A stretch of 64,000 nucleotides of DNA from Balanoglossus misakiensis (lineage: Eukaryota; Animalia; Hemichordata), in NCBI GenBank assembly GCA_040954595.2, contig CM082583.2, positions 9,621,556 to 9,685,555 of the forward strand. The letters are read 5' to 3'. Made by a program: the position numbers and the translations under genes. Position 1 is the stretch's first letter. Each line of letters opens with the position of its first letter. The notes below the pieces were generated by a model. It did no database searches. It saw nothing but the letters and a program-made list of their open reading frames with translations, and was not told the DNA's origin. Positions 38,101 to 50,700 of this stretch are shown here, in pieces.

Positions 38101-41100
38101 CTGTGGCGGTAAAAATGATGTCCTTGAAAAGATTCTTGCCCCCGCAGGAAGAAAATGGATACTCCTAATTTGATGAGCGATTTGACAGACCCCAAGGAGT
38201 CTGCCATCGTTGTCAGCGATTATGTCCACAATTACATGTAACTCAATAATCAATATGTCGTCTTTCCACGACTCCAGAGCGATCTGACATCAGACTGCTG
38301 GAACTACAAACATGGATCTATTCAAGCTTTCGTGACATCCCTAGAACCAAACAGCCGACCTTTGGTCGGAAGTAAATCTAATAAATTCAGCGGAATTTAC
38401 GTAATTTTCTTCGGTAATTCCCAATAAATGCAGACGAGAATGTTGCTCACTTTGTGGTCAATCGTCTCGGATTAAGTCTGACTTGGCGGTCACGTATTCA
38501 GTTGTTAATGGAAGATTGTCATTTTATTTTAGGAATTGAGCGGTAACCCGGGACGCGTAAACGGAAACCTGCCTTCTCCTTCCATGACGATTTTTTTCAG
38601 GAGAGTCGTCCTGCCTTTTACACGTACATCTGTCGTTCGGCAGCTCAACTGCTCTCGCCTTGCACACAACGCGTCACTAGACGCAAACCGCGTTGCTCAA
38701 ATGTCGAACACAATTCCGACTGTGTCTCTCGCGGTGAGGTACCAGATCTACCTTACGTCACCGCAAAGATTAAATTTGCTTTTCCTCGTTCTGTGTATGA
38801 CATTACTGTCAAATCTGAGTCCACTTTCAATAAATATAAGATCCAGTGAAGCAGCTGCCTGTAAATTGTTGTTAACACATGAATTAATTCAGATACATTG
38901 TTGGACTTTACCTGCGACCTTTGCTCGATAATGAAAATATCTATAGACGCATGTGTTGAATAATCCGATTATATCACGGGTACACAGAAAAGCATGTCGC
39001 GTAATAGTTATTGGACAAAAATTCTCAGCGAGACTAAAATGGTTCAAGTAAAAATAAACTGCTTATTTTTTTAAAGACTATGGCTTATACTTCCGCCTGG
39101 CATATGTACTGCGACAAAGCACCATCGAGATAAAATCTATCGCCGAGGCTTCCGATGCGATTATCTATACCTAGTCGTAACATTGAAATATGGTGCCATG
39201 CTAAACATGCCGCTGTATGCACACTGGAATACAGTTATGCTTGTCAATCGAGGCCAGCGATTCTAAAACATAAGAAAACAATGCTGCATTGATTCTTTTA
39301 ATTCGTTCGACACTCTAGCTTGCGGGGATGGCGAATTCCAGGTGCTTTTCACATTTTGCTTGAATTCCTCAAGTGTACGGCAAATTGCCAAATATTCCTC
39401 AAAATTCCATTATCTGTGTACCATTGAATGAAGAACACAATTAAGCTCTTATAAAGTAGAAATCTGATACATATGGTATACTTAATGTGGCTATATATCT
39501 TTGCTAATCACCGGCTAAACTATAGCTGTCACCGATTAAGACAACAATGCTGCGTTCGGCAAACGCATTAAACCACTGATCCAATTAGTGTGGCTATACA
39601 TGAAAAATGTTCAGCCGGACGTTGTTAGATTTCATCCCTATAGGAATGTGTATATATGAGTTTGGCGCATAAATAATTCAACGATCAATTTTCGGTTCAT
39701 ATACCATAAATCATGTATGATATTTGCGAAGACAGCACGAACAAGATGTAAAAAACACGACACAGCGTAAGCAGTACATTTCAATACAAAGATCTACGTC
39801 CATAATTTCTGACACGAAAAAAGATTGATCCGTTTCTTTATCAAAAATAATAATTATTCTCCATTTAATAGTTTAACAAAATAATACGACACCAGATATT
39901 TTGTTGCGTGCCATTTTGCGATATTCCTCCCAGTAATTAACGCACACAAAGTAACTTTATAGTAAGTATAGAAACACGTTTATACGATATCTGTAAAATA
40001 GTCACGCAATGCGAATTGTAGAAGCTGAGACTCTTGTGCAATGCACATCGGCTGTCGTTCCCTTATATGGTTTCCGTTCTTTGCGCATTCAGTCCTTGCC
40101 AAGAATTACCCACAGACGCACTAATGTCGTAATGACCGAAATCAACGTCAATTGAGCGTATTGTCAGCGTCGTTCCCAATATTCATCAGCAGAATATAAG
40201 ACTAACACGTGCGCTCCAGACAGTGCGTATATCCGCCCCAACCCTTGTAACTTCTTGCGTCGAATCCGCGGATTCAATCAGTAAAGTTTGATCTCCATGG
40301 CGACGGAGACGTTGACGTAATGGTACCTTTTTTGCGAAATATGCAACGTATCTTGCAGGTGATGGGTTTCTTTGCACATACGATTGACGGTCACGCTCGT
40401 GCATCGTGACAAAGGTTCGCAAGAAGAGTTAATTGATTTAGGATATCCAGGTATATTTAGTAACACATTAAGTGGATTCCGAGGAACGTCCTTCATGATC
40501 ACACCGCTCAGTAAATTCATATTTACAAATAGAAGAGCGGAAGAGAAATTTTCATTTGACCTCCACGCACACGTCACTGATATACGCGCCGGCAAATACA
40601 CCGCTGGCCTCGTATAATATAAAAATGGAAGTTTGTATCATATTCCCTTTGTCTCCGAAGTTCGTTTAGGTGAAGGCGGTGCAATATGTTTTTATCCCTT
40701 TCAATATCATTCCATCAAGTCATAAATTTAGATATCAAGATAATTAGATCATTTAGTTTATTCAGCACTTGACCAGGTTCAAGGACATACTCATTTTTAC
40801 TGGTCGTATTTTTCACTTCAACATATGGAGACGATTTCAATTTAACAAGTCCACAAATTGACAATACAGCTGAATGTTTATATATAAGCGAACTGAATGT
40901 TAATCTTTATCTTCAGAAAGAGTCGGCAAATATTTTGAAGGGTAGAATCTGCATAATTTGAAAATGAATAAATCGCGTGTACTAAAAAGAGTTTAGAAGA
41001 TTTCCGTTATTCTTTCCACGCAGTCCATCGAGTCTATCTTAAACGTCTTGATCTTAACAGATTGATCTGTGTGATTAGTTGTGTCTTAGGCACACCTCAC

Positions 41101-44100
41101 GCGTTCCACTGACATGCAGAGGTCATTTCTTTACACCAAAGGTGTCATCGCCTTGTGACACAAAACGTCTTCGGAAGTCTTCCGAGAAAGTGTTATTTAG
41201 CGCGGGCATTGCGCAGGGCACGCTGGGTTCATATTAAAATAAATGAAATGACTCGGACGAGATCGGTCCCGGGAATGTAGATCCACTTCGGTTGATCTCT
41301 AACAGTCTACTTGGTATAGTATACCTGAAAAGAGCGACTTTCAGTAGAGCTATGTCATGCGTTTAAGATTTATGAAAGTTATTTACGATTCATTTTCTGT
41401 AGCTCCACCAATATCGCAATCCCCATTTCACATGACAGTCCCTCTGCGCATGAAGTTCATGAAATGACTTCGCCAAATCATGCTATTCTGGTAACAGAGG
41501 AGTCCTGCAGAGGCCTTGTCTTACGTGATCTATGTCTGTAATTCACGAGGATTATCGTTAGGTGGCAAACGAGCCTGTTACAGCGTGACTGAACCCTCCT
41601 TCCTGCAGAGAGGTGTCTGAGTCTCAATACATTGATTATTATCGGCAATAATCACGTGGGTTGAAACCGTTGATGCATCGCACGGCCCGCCAATACGTTG
41701 CGCTAAGTGTATCACAAATTACTTCATGTTCGCCTCAAAACCACACCCTTGGCGATGCTGGTAAGAGCACTGTAAAAAATCCTGTGATTTACTATTCAAC
41801 GGGCCCCAACGGAAAACGCATAATTCACAATATCTGTGAAATGAATAATGAGAGTTGGTCCCGCAAAGACTGTTATCTTTTCATTGTCTCTCGTTTGATT
41901 TATCTGACATTTTTCATAAACAACCACGAATTAAAAGGCTTTTAACGTCTAATAATGGCCGGAATCCAAACACCATATTTGAAAAGCGGCGCAGTAAATT
42001 ATAGGAGATAATTGTCCGTCCTTCGAATAGATGGCTTCATTTTTATGACAAAATAAAAAAAATAACGCCGTGTTGGCCTCGAGACTGCCATGGCCCACTG
42101 GGGACACAGAGACACGGAAAGTTGCATGTGTTCTGTGGCTTTTGATGTTTTTCTATTTGACACCATGTATGGCATCTCGGGTCCTTGAATGCGCTCTCTT
42201 ACTACACTGTCAATTGCTATTTTCCACGCCGGTAGATAGTACATCAGGTAACGATGCGACCATATTGATTTCCAGCGCTCTCTGCATGATACAAAGTGAA
42301 CGAATGCTCCCACTGTACCAATATTTCCTGTCTCCCGTCCAGTTGTCAATCACTGTTTTTTTACAAGAACGCATCGCCTGCATTACACGACCCTTTAATG
42401 TAACGTATGCCGGAGCCGCAGAAGCCACCCTTTGCAAAAAGGAACGCGAAATCTCTGCGACGATCTCTGCGAGAGTCACCGCATATCTGCTCTCCCATTA
42501 CCTTCAGAACAGACAAATACCCTAAGCTATGTCACGAGTTAATGGTATGGTCACATTTATCATTTGCAAGTGGCTTTGGCGGCAAATAGGTACAAAGGCC
42601 GCCGTGGCACAAAAAGCAAGGTACAGATGAATTACGGGAGAAGCAAATGGGGGTCTGTAAAAAAACAACATACTTGGAATGTATTTGGGAAAAGCATTTC
42701 AGAATGTGCTCGCTGGTAACAGTGCCAGATGGATGCATAACAAACGGCTCAGATGAACACAATATCATGTCAATTGTATAAATTCAAGTCGTAGAGAGCG
42801 TAAGTGGAATTTTCTCTCGGTTCAAATGTCTCGTCATTCAAAGTGTTTATGGCGCAGAGGGCATGTTAAACACAGTCTGGAAAATGTACCTGCAGGGTTT
42901 AGAAGCTGATCATATAACTGTACTCAGTATATATCTGGCAATTTCGCGGCATATATGATTATTTAAATGACCTATTAGCTTGCTTGATTTGCAATATTCC
43001 ATTGCCTGCGTTAGTGTACTATCATCGATATGATGCGATAAAAAGACTAGCAGACCAAGCAAATGTTATGCGTTTGGTTGGGTAGACCGGAGTGACAGTT
43101 GGATGGATGAACACCATCAGAATAGCATAGCTAAATTTGAAAAGTTACATTTTTTTGACAGACAGTATCTCAAACCGACATTTACATACATAGTACCGCA
43201 CATATTTGGAAATATACATACATATGACCGATGTTATAGAAATCGTGTATATGCAAATTACTTCTACTTATATCGATCAATGCACTCCGAGTGCGGAAAC
43301 ATCTAATAAAATCCGCTGTAATTATTATGGACTGTTATATTGCGAAAGTAGCGTCTTGCCATATTCTATTTTGATGCAGCACTGGGTTCTAGTATTAGTA
43401 ACACATGGCGTGGAAAATAGAAGCGGACACAAACGTTTGTCTTTATTTGTTAAGCTAATTGCAATATGACACCAGCTTAACGGTATAATTGATCGTCATT
43501 TGCTGAACGTGTCAAAAGGTTACCACCGTCTCATTGCATTCACTGATGATAGCTGTCCCAAGTGGACGGCACGTTTTTCTTAGCTAACAGATGCGGACAC
43601 ATTCACGATGACGACATCTAAAGAAGAAACTAGCCTGTTACTTTCCTGAACATTTTCGCGGATACTTCATGATGTACTTAATTAAAATCAGACAAACGGG
43701 TTTCTAGTGGAAGCCAGACTACTTCGAATTCGCCTGTTTTCACTGGACAACGATTTTTCTGTCGGCAATAATTGACGATTTTCTGCATCACGTTAAGAAT
43801 AAACGAATGCAACAATTTATAAAAAACGTCCAATTTTCTGCTTAAATCGTTTTTCTGTGGTTTCCTTTTTCTTGAAAACGTTTTTTACCGACTATGGAAG
43901 ACGAACCTAGCCTCCTAGTTCATTTATTGTATTTGGCATGAAAGGCATACGTCGTGAATATGCATTTGTGTACAGTTGAAAAATAATTGGAACGATTTCT
44001 TTTTGCAGTATTTGTATGACTACAGTGTAATCTGAAATAAAATCTCAATAAATCGGACTATTTTTTGTCTCGCCTATGGTACCGTCGAGCAATGTATCAC

Positions 44101-44582
44101 GGGTAGGTCAGCCACGTGTTTTTTAAAATGAACTTTCACATTTTCATCATACACACAGGTACGCACACACGTGACCTATCCCTAGAACCAAAAGTAACAA
44201 TGCGTACCTCACGTGTTGGAGTCAAGCGGCAATGGAGTTGAGGTTTCATTGCCTGGATACAGTAAATCATAATATATATAACTTTAATATAACGATAATA
44301 TTATTCATTTTTTTTTCTCCAGGAGATGAACATCGAATGACCAGGTATAGGACATGGAACTTTCCAATTTTAAAACTGACTTACGGTATTTTGATTACAT
44401 ATATATGAGTGATGTAGAACTTTGGAGTAGATTGAGATAGAGATTGGGAATTACTAATAAAGATTTGATTTATGATATGAACTTGAAAACTTGGTGTCTG
44501 CCTCAGTTACCGAAAGTATAATAATCCTGAGTGGTACATCGACAGAATAAAGACTCTACGAACTGACAATGAGTGAGTATCT

Positions 44583-44703
44583 AAAAGTGACCCTTGACAT
44601 TACGGATTTTGGTGTTTTTGTCATTTCAAATGGTCACTTTTTGACAATTTTCATGAGCTATAACCCATTAAAAATGTCCAGAAATGACAAAAACACCAAA
44701 ATC
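44583..44703. repeat. Inverted-repeat junction at the satellite's left edge (23-bp perfect IR 44605-44627/44681-44703; 10-bp IR 44583-44592/44632-44641)
   Basis: GATTTTGGTGTTTTTGTCATTTC is the exact reverse complement of GAAATGACAAAAACACCAAAATC; AAAAGTGACC pairs with GGTCACTTTT. Confidence 0.9.
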
Positions 44704-47700
44704 AGCAAAGTCGAAAAATCGTCATTTCTGGATGATTTTCATGAGCTATAACCCATGATTTTTTCAAAAATCGGCCAAATTTTGAAATTCCGCAAAGTCG
44801 AAAAATTCTCATTTTTGGATGATTTTCATGAGCTATAACCCATGATTTTTTTCAAAAATCGGCCAAATTTTGAAATTCCGCAAAGTCGAAAAATTCTCAT
44901 TTTTGGATGATTTTCATGAGCTATAACCCATGATTTTTTCAAAAATCGGCCAAATTTTGAAATTCCGCAAAGTCGAAAAATTCTCATTTTTGGATGATTT
45001 TCATGAGCTATAACCCATGATTTTTTCAAAAATCGGCCAAATTTCGAAATTCCGCAAAGTCGAAAAATTCTCATTTTTGGATGATTTTCATGTGCTATAA
45101 CCCATGATTTTTTCAAAAATCGGCCAAATTTTGAAATTCCGCAAAGTCGAAAAATTCTCATTTTTGGATGATTTTCATGAGCTATAACCCATGATTTTTT
45201 CAAAAATCGGCCAAATTTTGAAATTCCGCAAAGTCGAAAAATTCTCATTTTTGGATGATTTTCATGAGCTATAACCCATGATTTTGTCAAAAATCGGCCA
45301 AATTTTGAAATTCCGCAAAGTCGAAAAATTCTCATTTTTGGATGATTTTCATGAGCTATAACCCATGATTTTGTCAAAAATCGGCCAAATTTTGAAATTC
45401 CGCAAAGTCGAAAAATTCTCATTTTTGGATGATTTTCATGAGCTATAACCCATGATTTTGTCAAAAATCGGCCAAATTTTGAAATTCCGCAAAGTCGAAA
45501 AATTCTCATTTTTGGATGATTTTCATGAGCTATAACCCATGATTTTGTCAAAAATCGGCCAAATTTTGAAATTCCGCAAAGTCGAAAAATTCTCATTTTT
45601 GGATGATTTTCATGAGCTATAACCCATGATTTTTTTCAAAAATCGGCCAAATTTTGAAATTCTGCAAAGTCGAAAAATTCTCATTTTTGGATGATTTTCA
45701 TGAGCTATAACCCATGATTTTTTCAAAAATCGGCCAAATTTTGAAATTCCGCAAAGTCGAAAAATTCTCATTTTTGGATGATTTTCATGAGCTATAACCC
45801 ATGATTTTTTCAAAAATCGGCCAAATTTTGAAATTCCGCAAAGTCGAAAAATTCTCATTTTTGGATGATTTTCATGAGCTATAACCCATGATTTTTTCAA
45901 AAATCGGCCAAATTTTGAAATTCCGCAAAGTCGAAAAATTCTCATTTTTGGATGATTTTCATGAGCTATAACCCATGATTTTTTCAAAAATCGGCCAAAT
46001 TTCGAAATTCCGCAAAGTCGAAAAATTCTCATTTTTGGATGATTTTCATGAGCTATAACCCATGATTTTTTCAAAAATCGGCCAAATTTTGAAATTCCGC
46101 AAAGTCGAAAAATTCTCATTTTTGGATGATTTTCATGAGCTATAACCCATGATTTTTTTCAAAAATCGGCCAAATTTTGAAATTCCGCAAAGTCGGAAAA
46201 TTCTCATTTTTGGATGATTTTCATGAGCTATAACCCATGATTTTTTCGAAAATCGGCCAAATTTTGAAATTCCGCAAAGTCGAAAAATTCTCATTTTTGG
46301 ATGATTTTCATGAGCTATAACCCATGATTTTTTCGAAAATCGGCCAAATTTTGAAATTCCGCAAAGTCGAAAAATTCTCATTTTTGGATGATTTTCATGA
46401 GCTATAACCCATGATTTTTTCAAAAATCGGCCAAATTTTGAAATTCCGCAAAGTCGAAAAATTCTCATTTTTGGATGATTTTCATGAGCTATAACCCATG
46501 ATTTTTTCAAAAATCGGCCAAATTTTGAAATTCCGCAAAGTCGAAAAATTCTCATTTTTGGATGATTTTCATGAGCTATAACCCATGATTTTTTCAAAAA
46601 TCGGCCAAATTTTGAAATTCCGCAAAGTCGAAAAATTCTCATTTTTGGATGATTTTCATGAGCTATAACCCATGATTTTTTCAAAAATCGGCCAAATTTT
46701 GAAATTCCGCAAAGTCGAAAAATTCTCATTTTTGGATGATTTTCATGAGCTATAACCCATGATTTTTTCAAAAATCGGCCAAATTTTGAAATTCCGCAAA
46801 GTCGAAAAATTCTCATTTTTGGATGATTTTCATGAGCTATAACCCATGATTTTTTCAAAAATCGGCCAAATTTTGAAATTCCGCAAAGTCGAAAAATTCT
46901 CATTTTTGGATGATTTTCATGAGCTATAACCCATGATTTTTTTCAAAAATCGGCCAAATTTTGAAATTCCGCAAAGTCGAAAAATTCTCATTTTTGGATG
47001 ATTTTCATGAGCTATAACCCATGATTTTTTCAAAAATCGGCCAAATTTTGAAATTCCGCAAAGTCGAAAAATTCTCATTTTTGGATGATTTTCATGAGCT
47101 ATAACCCATGATTTTTTCAAAAATCGGCCAAATTTTGAAATTCCGCAAAGTCGAAAAATTCTCATTTTTGGATGATTTTCATGAGCTATAACCCATGATT
47201 TTTTCGAAAATCGGCCAAATTTTGAAATTCCGCAAAGTCGAAAAATTCTCATTTTTGGATGATTTTCATGAGCTATAACCCATGATTTTTTCAAAAATCG
47301 GCCAAATTTTGAAATTCCGCAAAGTCGAAAAATTCTCATTTTTGGATGATTTTCATGAGCTATAACCCATGATTTTTTCAAAAATCGGCCAAATTTTGAA
47401 ATTCCGCAAAGTCGAAAAATTCTCATTTTTGGATGATTTTCATGAGCTATAACCCATGATTTTTTCAAAAATCGGCCAAATTTTGAAATTCCGCAAAGTC
47501 GAAAAATTCTCATTTTTGGATGATTTTCATGAGCTATAACCCATGATTTTTTCAAAAATCGGCCAAATTTTGAAATTCCGCAAAGTCGAAAAATTCTCAT
47601 TTTTGGATGATTTTCATGAGCTATAACCCATGATTTTTTCAAAAATCGGCCAAATTTTGAAATTCCGCAAAGTCGAAAAATTCTCATTTTTGGATGATTT

Positions 47701-50700
47701 TCATGAGCTATAACCCATGATTTTTTCAAAAATCGGCCAAATTTTGAAATTCCGCAAAGTCGAAAAATTCTCATTTTTGGATGATTTTCATGAGCTATAA
47801 CCCATGATTTTTTCAAAAATCGGCCAAATTTTGAAATTCCGCAAAGTCGAAAAATTCTCATTTTTGGATGATTTTCATGAGCTATAACCCATGATTTTTT
47901 CAAAAATCGGCCAAATTTTGAAATTCCGCAAAGTCGAAAAATTCTCATTTTTGGATGATTTTCATGAGCTATAACCCATGATTTTTTCAAAAATCGGCCA
48001 AATTTCGAAATTCCGCAAAGTCGAAAAATTCTCATTTTTGGATGATTTTCATGAGCTATAACCCATGATTTTGTCAAAAATCGGCCAAATTTTGAAATTC
48101 CGCAAAGTCGAAAAATTCTCATTTTTGGATGATTTTCATGAGCTATAACCCATGATTTTTTTCAAAAATCGGCCAAATTTTGAAATTCCGCAAAGTCGAA
48201 AAATTCTCATTTTTGGATGATTTTCATGAGCTATAACCCATGATTTTTTCAAAAATCGGCCAAATTTTGAAATTCCGCAAAGTCGAAAAATTCTCATTTT
48301 TGGATGATTTTCATGAGCTATAACCCATGATTTTTTCAAAAATCGGCCAAATTTTGAAATTCCGCAAAGTCGAAAAATTCTCATTTTTGGATGATTTTCA
48401 TGAGCTGTAACCCATGATTTTTTCAAAAATCGGCCAAATTTTGAAATTCCGCAAAGTCGAAAAATTCTCATTTTTGGATGATTTTCATGAGCTATAACCC
48501 ATGATTTTTTCGAAAATCGGCCAAATTTTGAAATTCCGCAAAGTCGAAAAATTCTCATTTTTGGATGATTTTCATGAGCTATAACCCATGATTTTTTCGA
48601 AAATCGGCCAAATTTTGAAATTCCGCAAAGTCGAAAAATTCTCATTTTTGGATGATTTTCATGAGCTATAACCCATGATTTTTTCAAAAATCGGCCAAAT
48701 TTTGAAATTCCGCAAAGTCGAAAAATTCTCATTTTTGGATGATTTTCATGAGCTATAACCCATGATTTTTTCAAAAATCGGCCAAATTTTGAAATTCCGC
48801 AAAGTCGAAAAATTCTCATTTTTGGATGATTTTCATGAGCTATAACCCATGATTTTTTCAAAAATCGGCCAAATTTTGAAATTCCGCAAAGTCGAAAAAT
48901 TCTCATTTTTGGATGATTTTCATGAGCTATAACCCATGATTTTTTCAAAAATCGGCCAAATTTTGAAATTCCGCAAAGTCGAAAAATTCTCATTTTTGGA
49001 TGATTTTCATGAGCTATAACCCATGATTTTTTCAAAAATCGGCCAAATTTTGAAATTCCGCAAAGTCGAAAAATTCTCATTTTTGGATGATTTTCATGAG
49101 CTATAACCCATGATTTTTTCAAAAATCGGCCAAATTTTGAAATTCCGCAAAGTCGAAAAATTCTCATTTTTGGATGATTTTCATGAGCTATAACCCATGA
49201 TTTTGTCAAAAATCGGCCAAATTTTGAAATTCCGCAAAGTCGAAAAATTCTCATTTTTGGATGATTTTCATGAGCTATAACCCATGATTTTGTCAAAAAT
49301 CGGCCAAATTTTGAAATTCCGCAAAGTCGAAAAATTCTCATTTTTGGATGATTTTCATGAGCTATAACCCATGATTTTTTCAAAAATCGGCCAAATTTTG
49401 AAATTCCGCAAAGTCGAAAAATTCTCATTTTTGGATGATTTTCATGAGCTATAACCCATGATTTTTTCGAAAATCGGCCAAATTTTGAAATTCCGCAAAG
49501 TCGAAAAATTCTCATTTTTGGATGATTTTCATGAGCTATAACCCATGATTTTTTCAAAAATCGGCCAAATTTTGAAATTCCGCAAAGTCGAAAAATTCTC
49601 ATTTTTGGATGATTTTCATGAGCTATAACCCATGATTTTTTCAAAAATCGGCCAAATTTTGAAATTCCGCAAAGTCGAAAAATTCTCATTTTTGGATGAT
49701 TTTCATGAGCTATAACCCATGATTTTTTCAAAAATCGGCCAAATTTTGAAATTCCGCAAAGTCGAAAAATTCTCATTTTTGGATGATTTTCATGAGCTAT
49801 AACCCATGATTTTTTCAAAAATCGGCCAAATTTTGAAATTCCGCAAAGTCGAAAAATTCTCATTTTTGGATGATTTTCATGAGCTATAACCCATGATTTT
49901 TTCGAAAATCGGCCAAATTTTGAAATTCCGCAAAGTCGAAAAATTCTCATTTTTGGATGATTTTCATGAGCTATAACCCATGATTTTTTCGAAAATCGGC
50001 CAAATTTTGAAATTCCGCAAAGTCGAAAAATTCTCATTTTTGGATGATTTTCATGAGCTATAACCCATGATTTTTTCAAAAATCGGCCAAATTTTGAAAT
50101 TCCGCAAAGTCGAAAAATTCTCATTTTTGGATGATTTTCATGAGCTATAACCCATGATTTTTTCAAAAATCGGCCAAATTTTGAAATTCCGCAAAGTCGA
50201 AAAATTCTCATTTTTGGATGATTTTCATGAGCTATAACCCATGATTTTTTCAAAAATCGGCCAAATTTTGAAATTCCGCAAAGTCGAAAAATTCTCATTT
50301 TTGGATGATTTTCATGAGCTATAACCCATGATTTTTTCAAAAATCGGCCAAATTTTGAAATTCCGCAAAGTCGAAAAATTCTCATTTTTGGATGATTTTC
50401 ATGAGCTATAACCCATGATTTTTTCAAAAATCGGCCAAATTTTGAAATTCCGCAAAGTCGAAAAATTCTCATTTTTGGATGATTTTCATGAGCTATAACC
50501 CATGATTTTTTCAAAAATCGGCCAAATTTTGAAATTCCGCAAAGTCGAAAAATTCTCATTTTTGGATGATTTTCATGAGCTATAACCCATGATTTTTTCA
50601 AAAATCGGCCAAATTTTGAAATTCCGCAAAGTCGAAAAATTCTCATTTTTGGATGATTTTCATGAGCTATAACCCATGATTTTTTCGAAAATCGGCCAAA

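Noticed and set aside
35548-43469. Assorted 60-150 aa ORFs (e.g. 38536-38931, 40372-40617, 42070-42525, 42210-42479)
   Set aside because: No recognisable domain, transposase/RT motif or GPCR helix; the lengths are compatible with chance. Decayed transposon origin cannot be excluded without a search.
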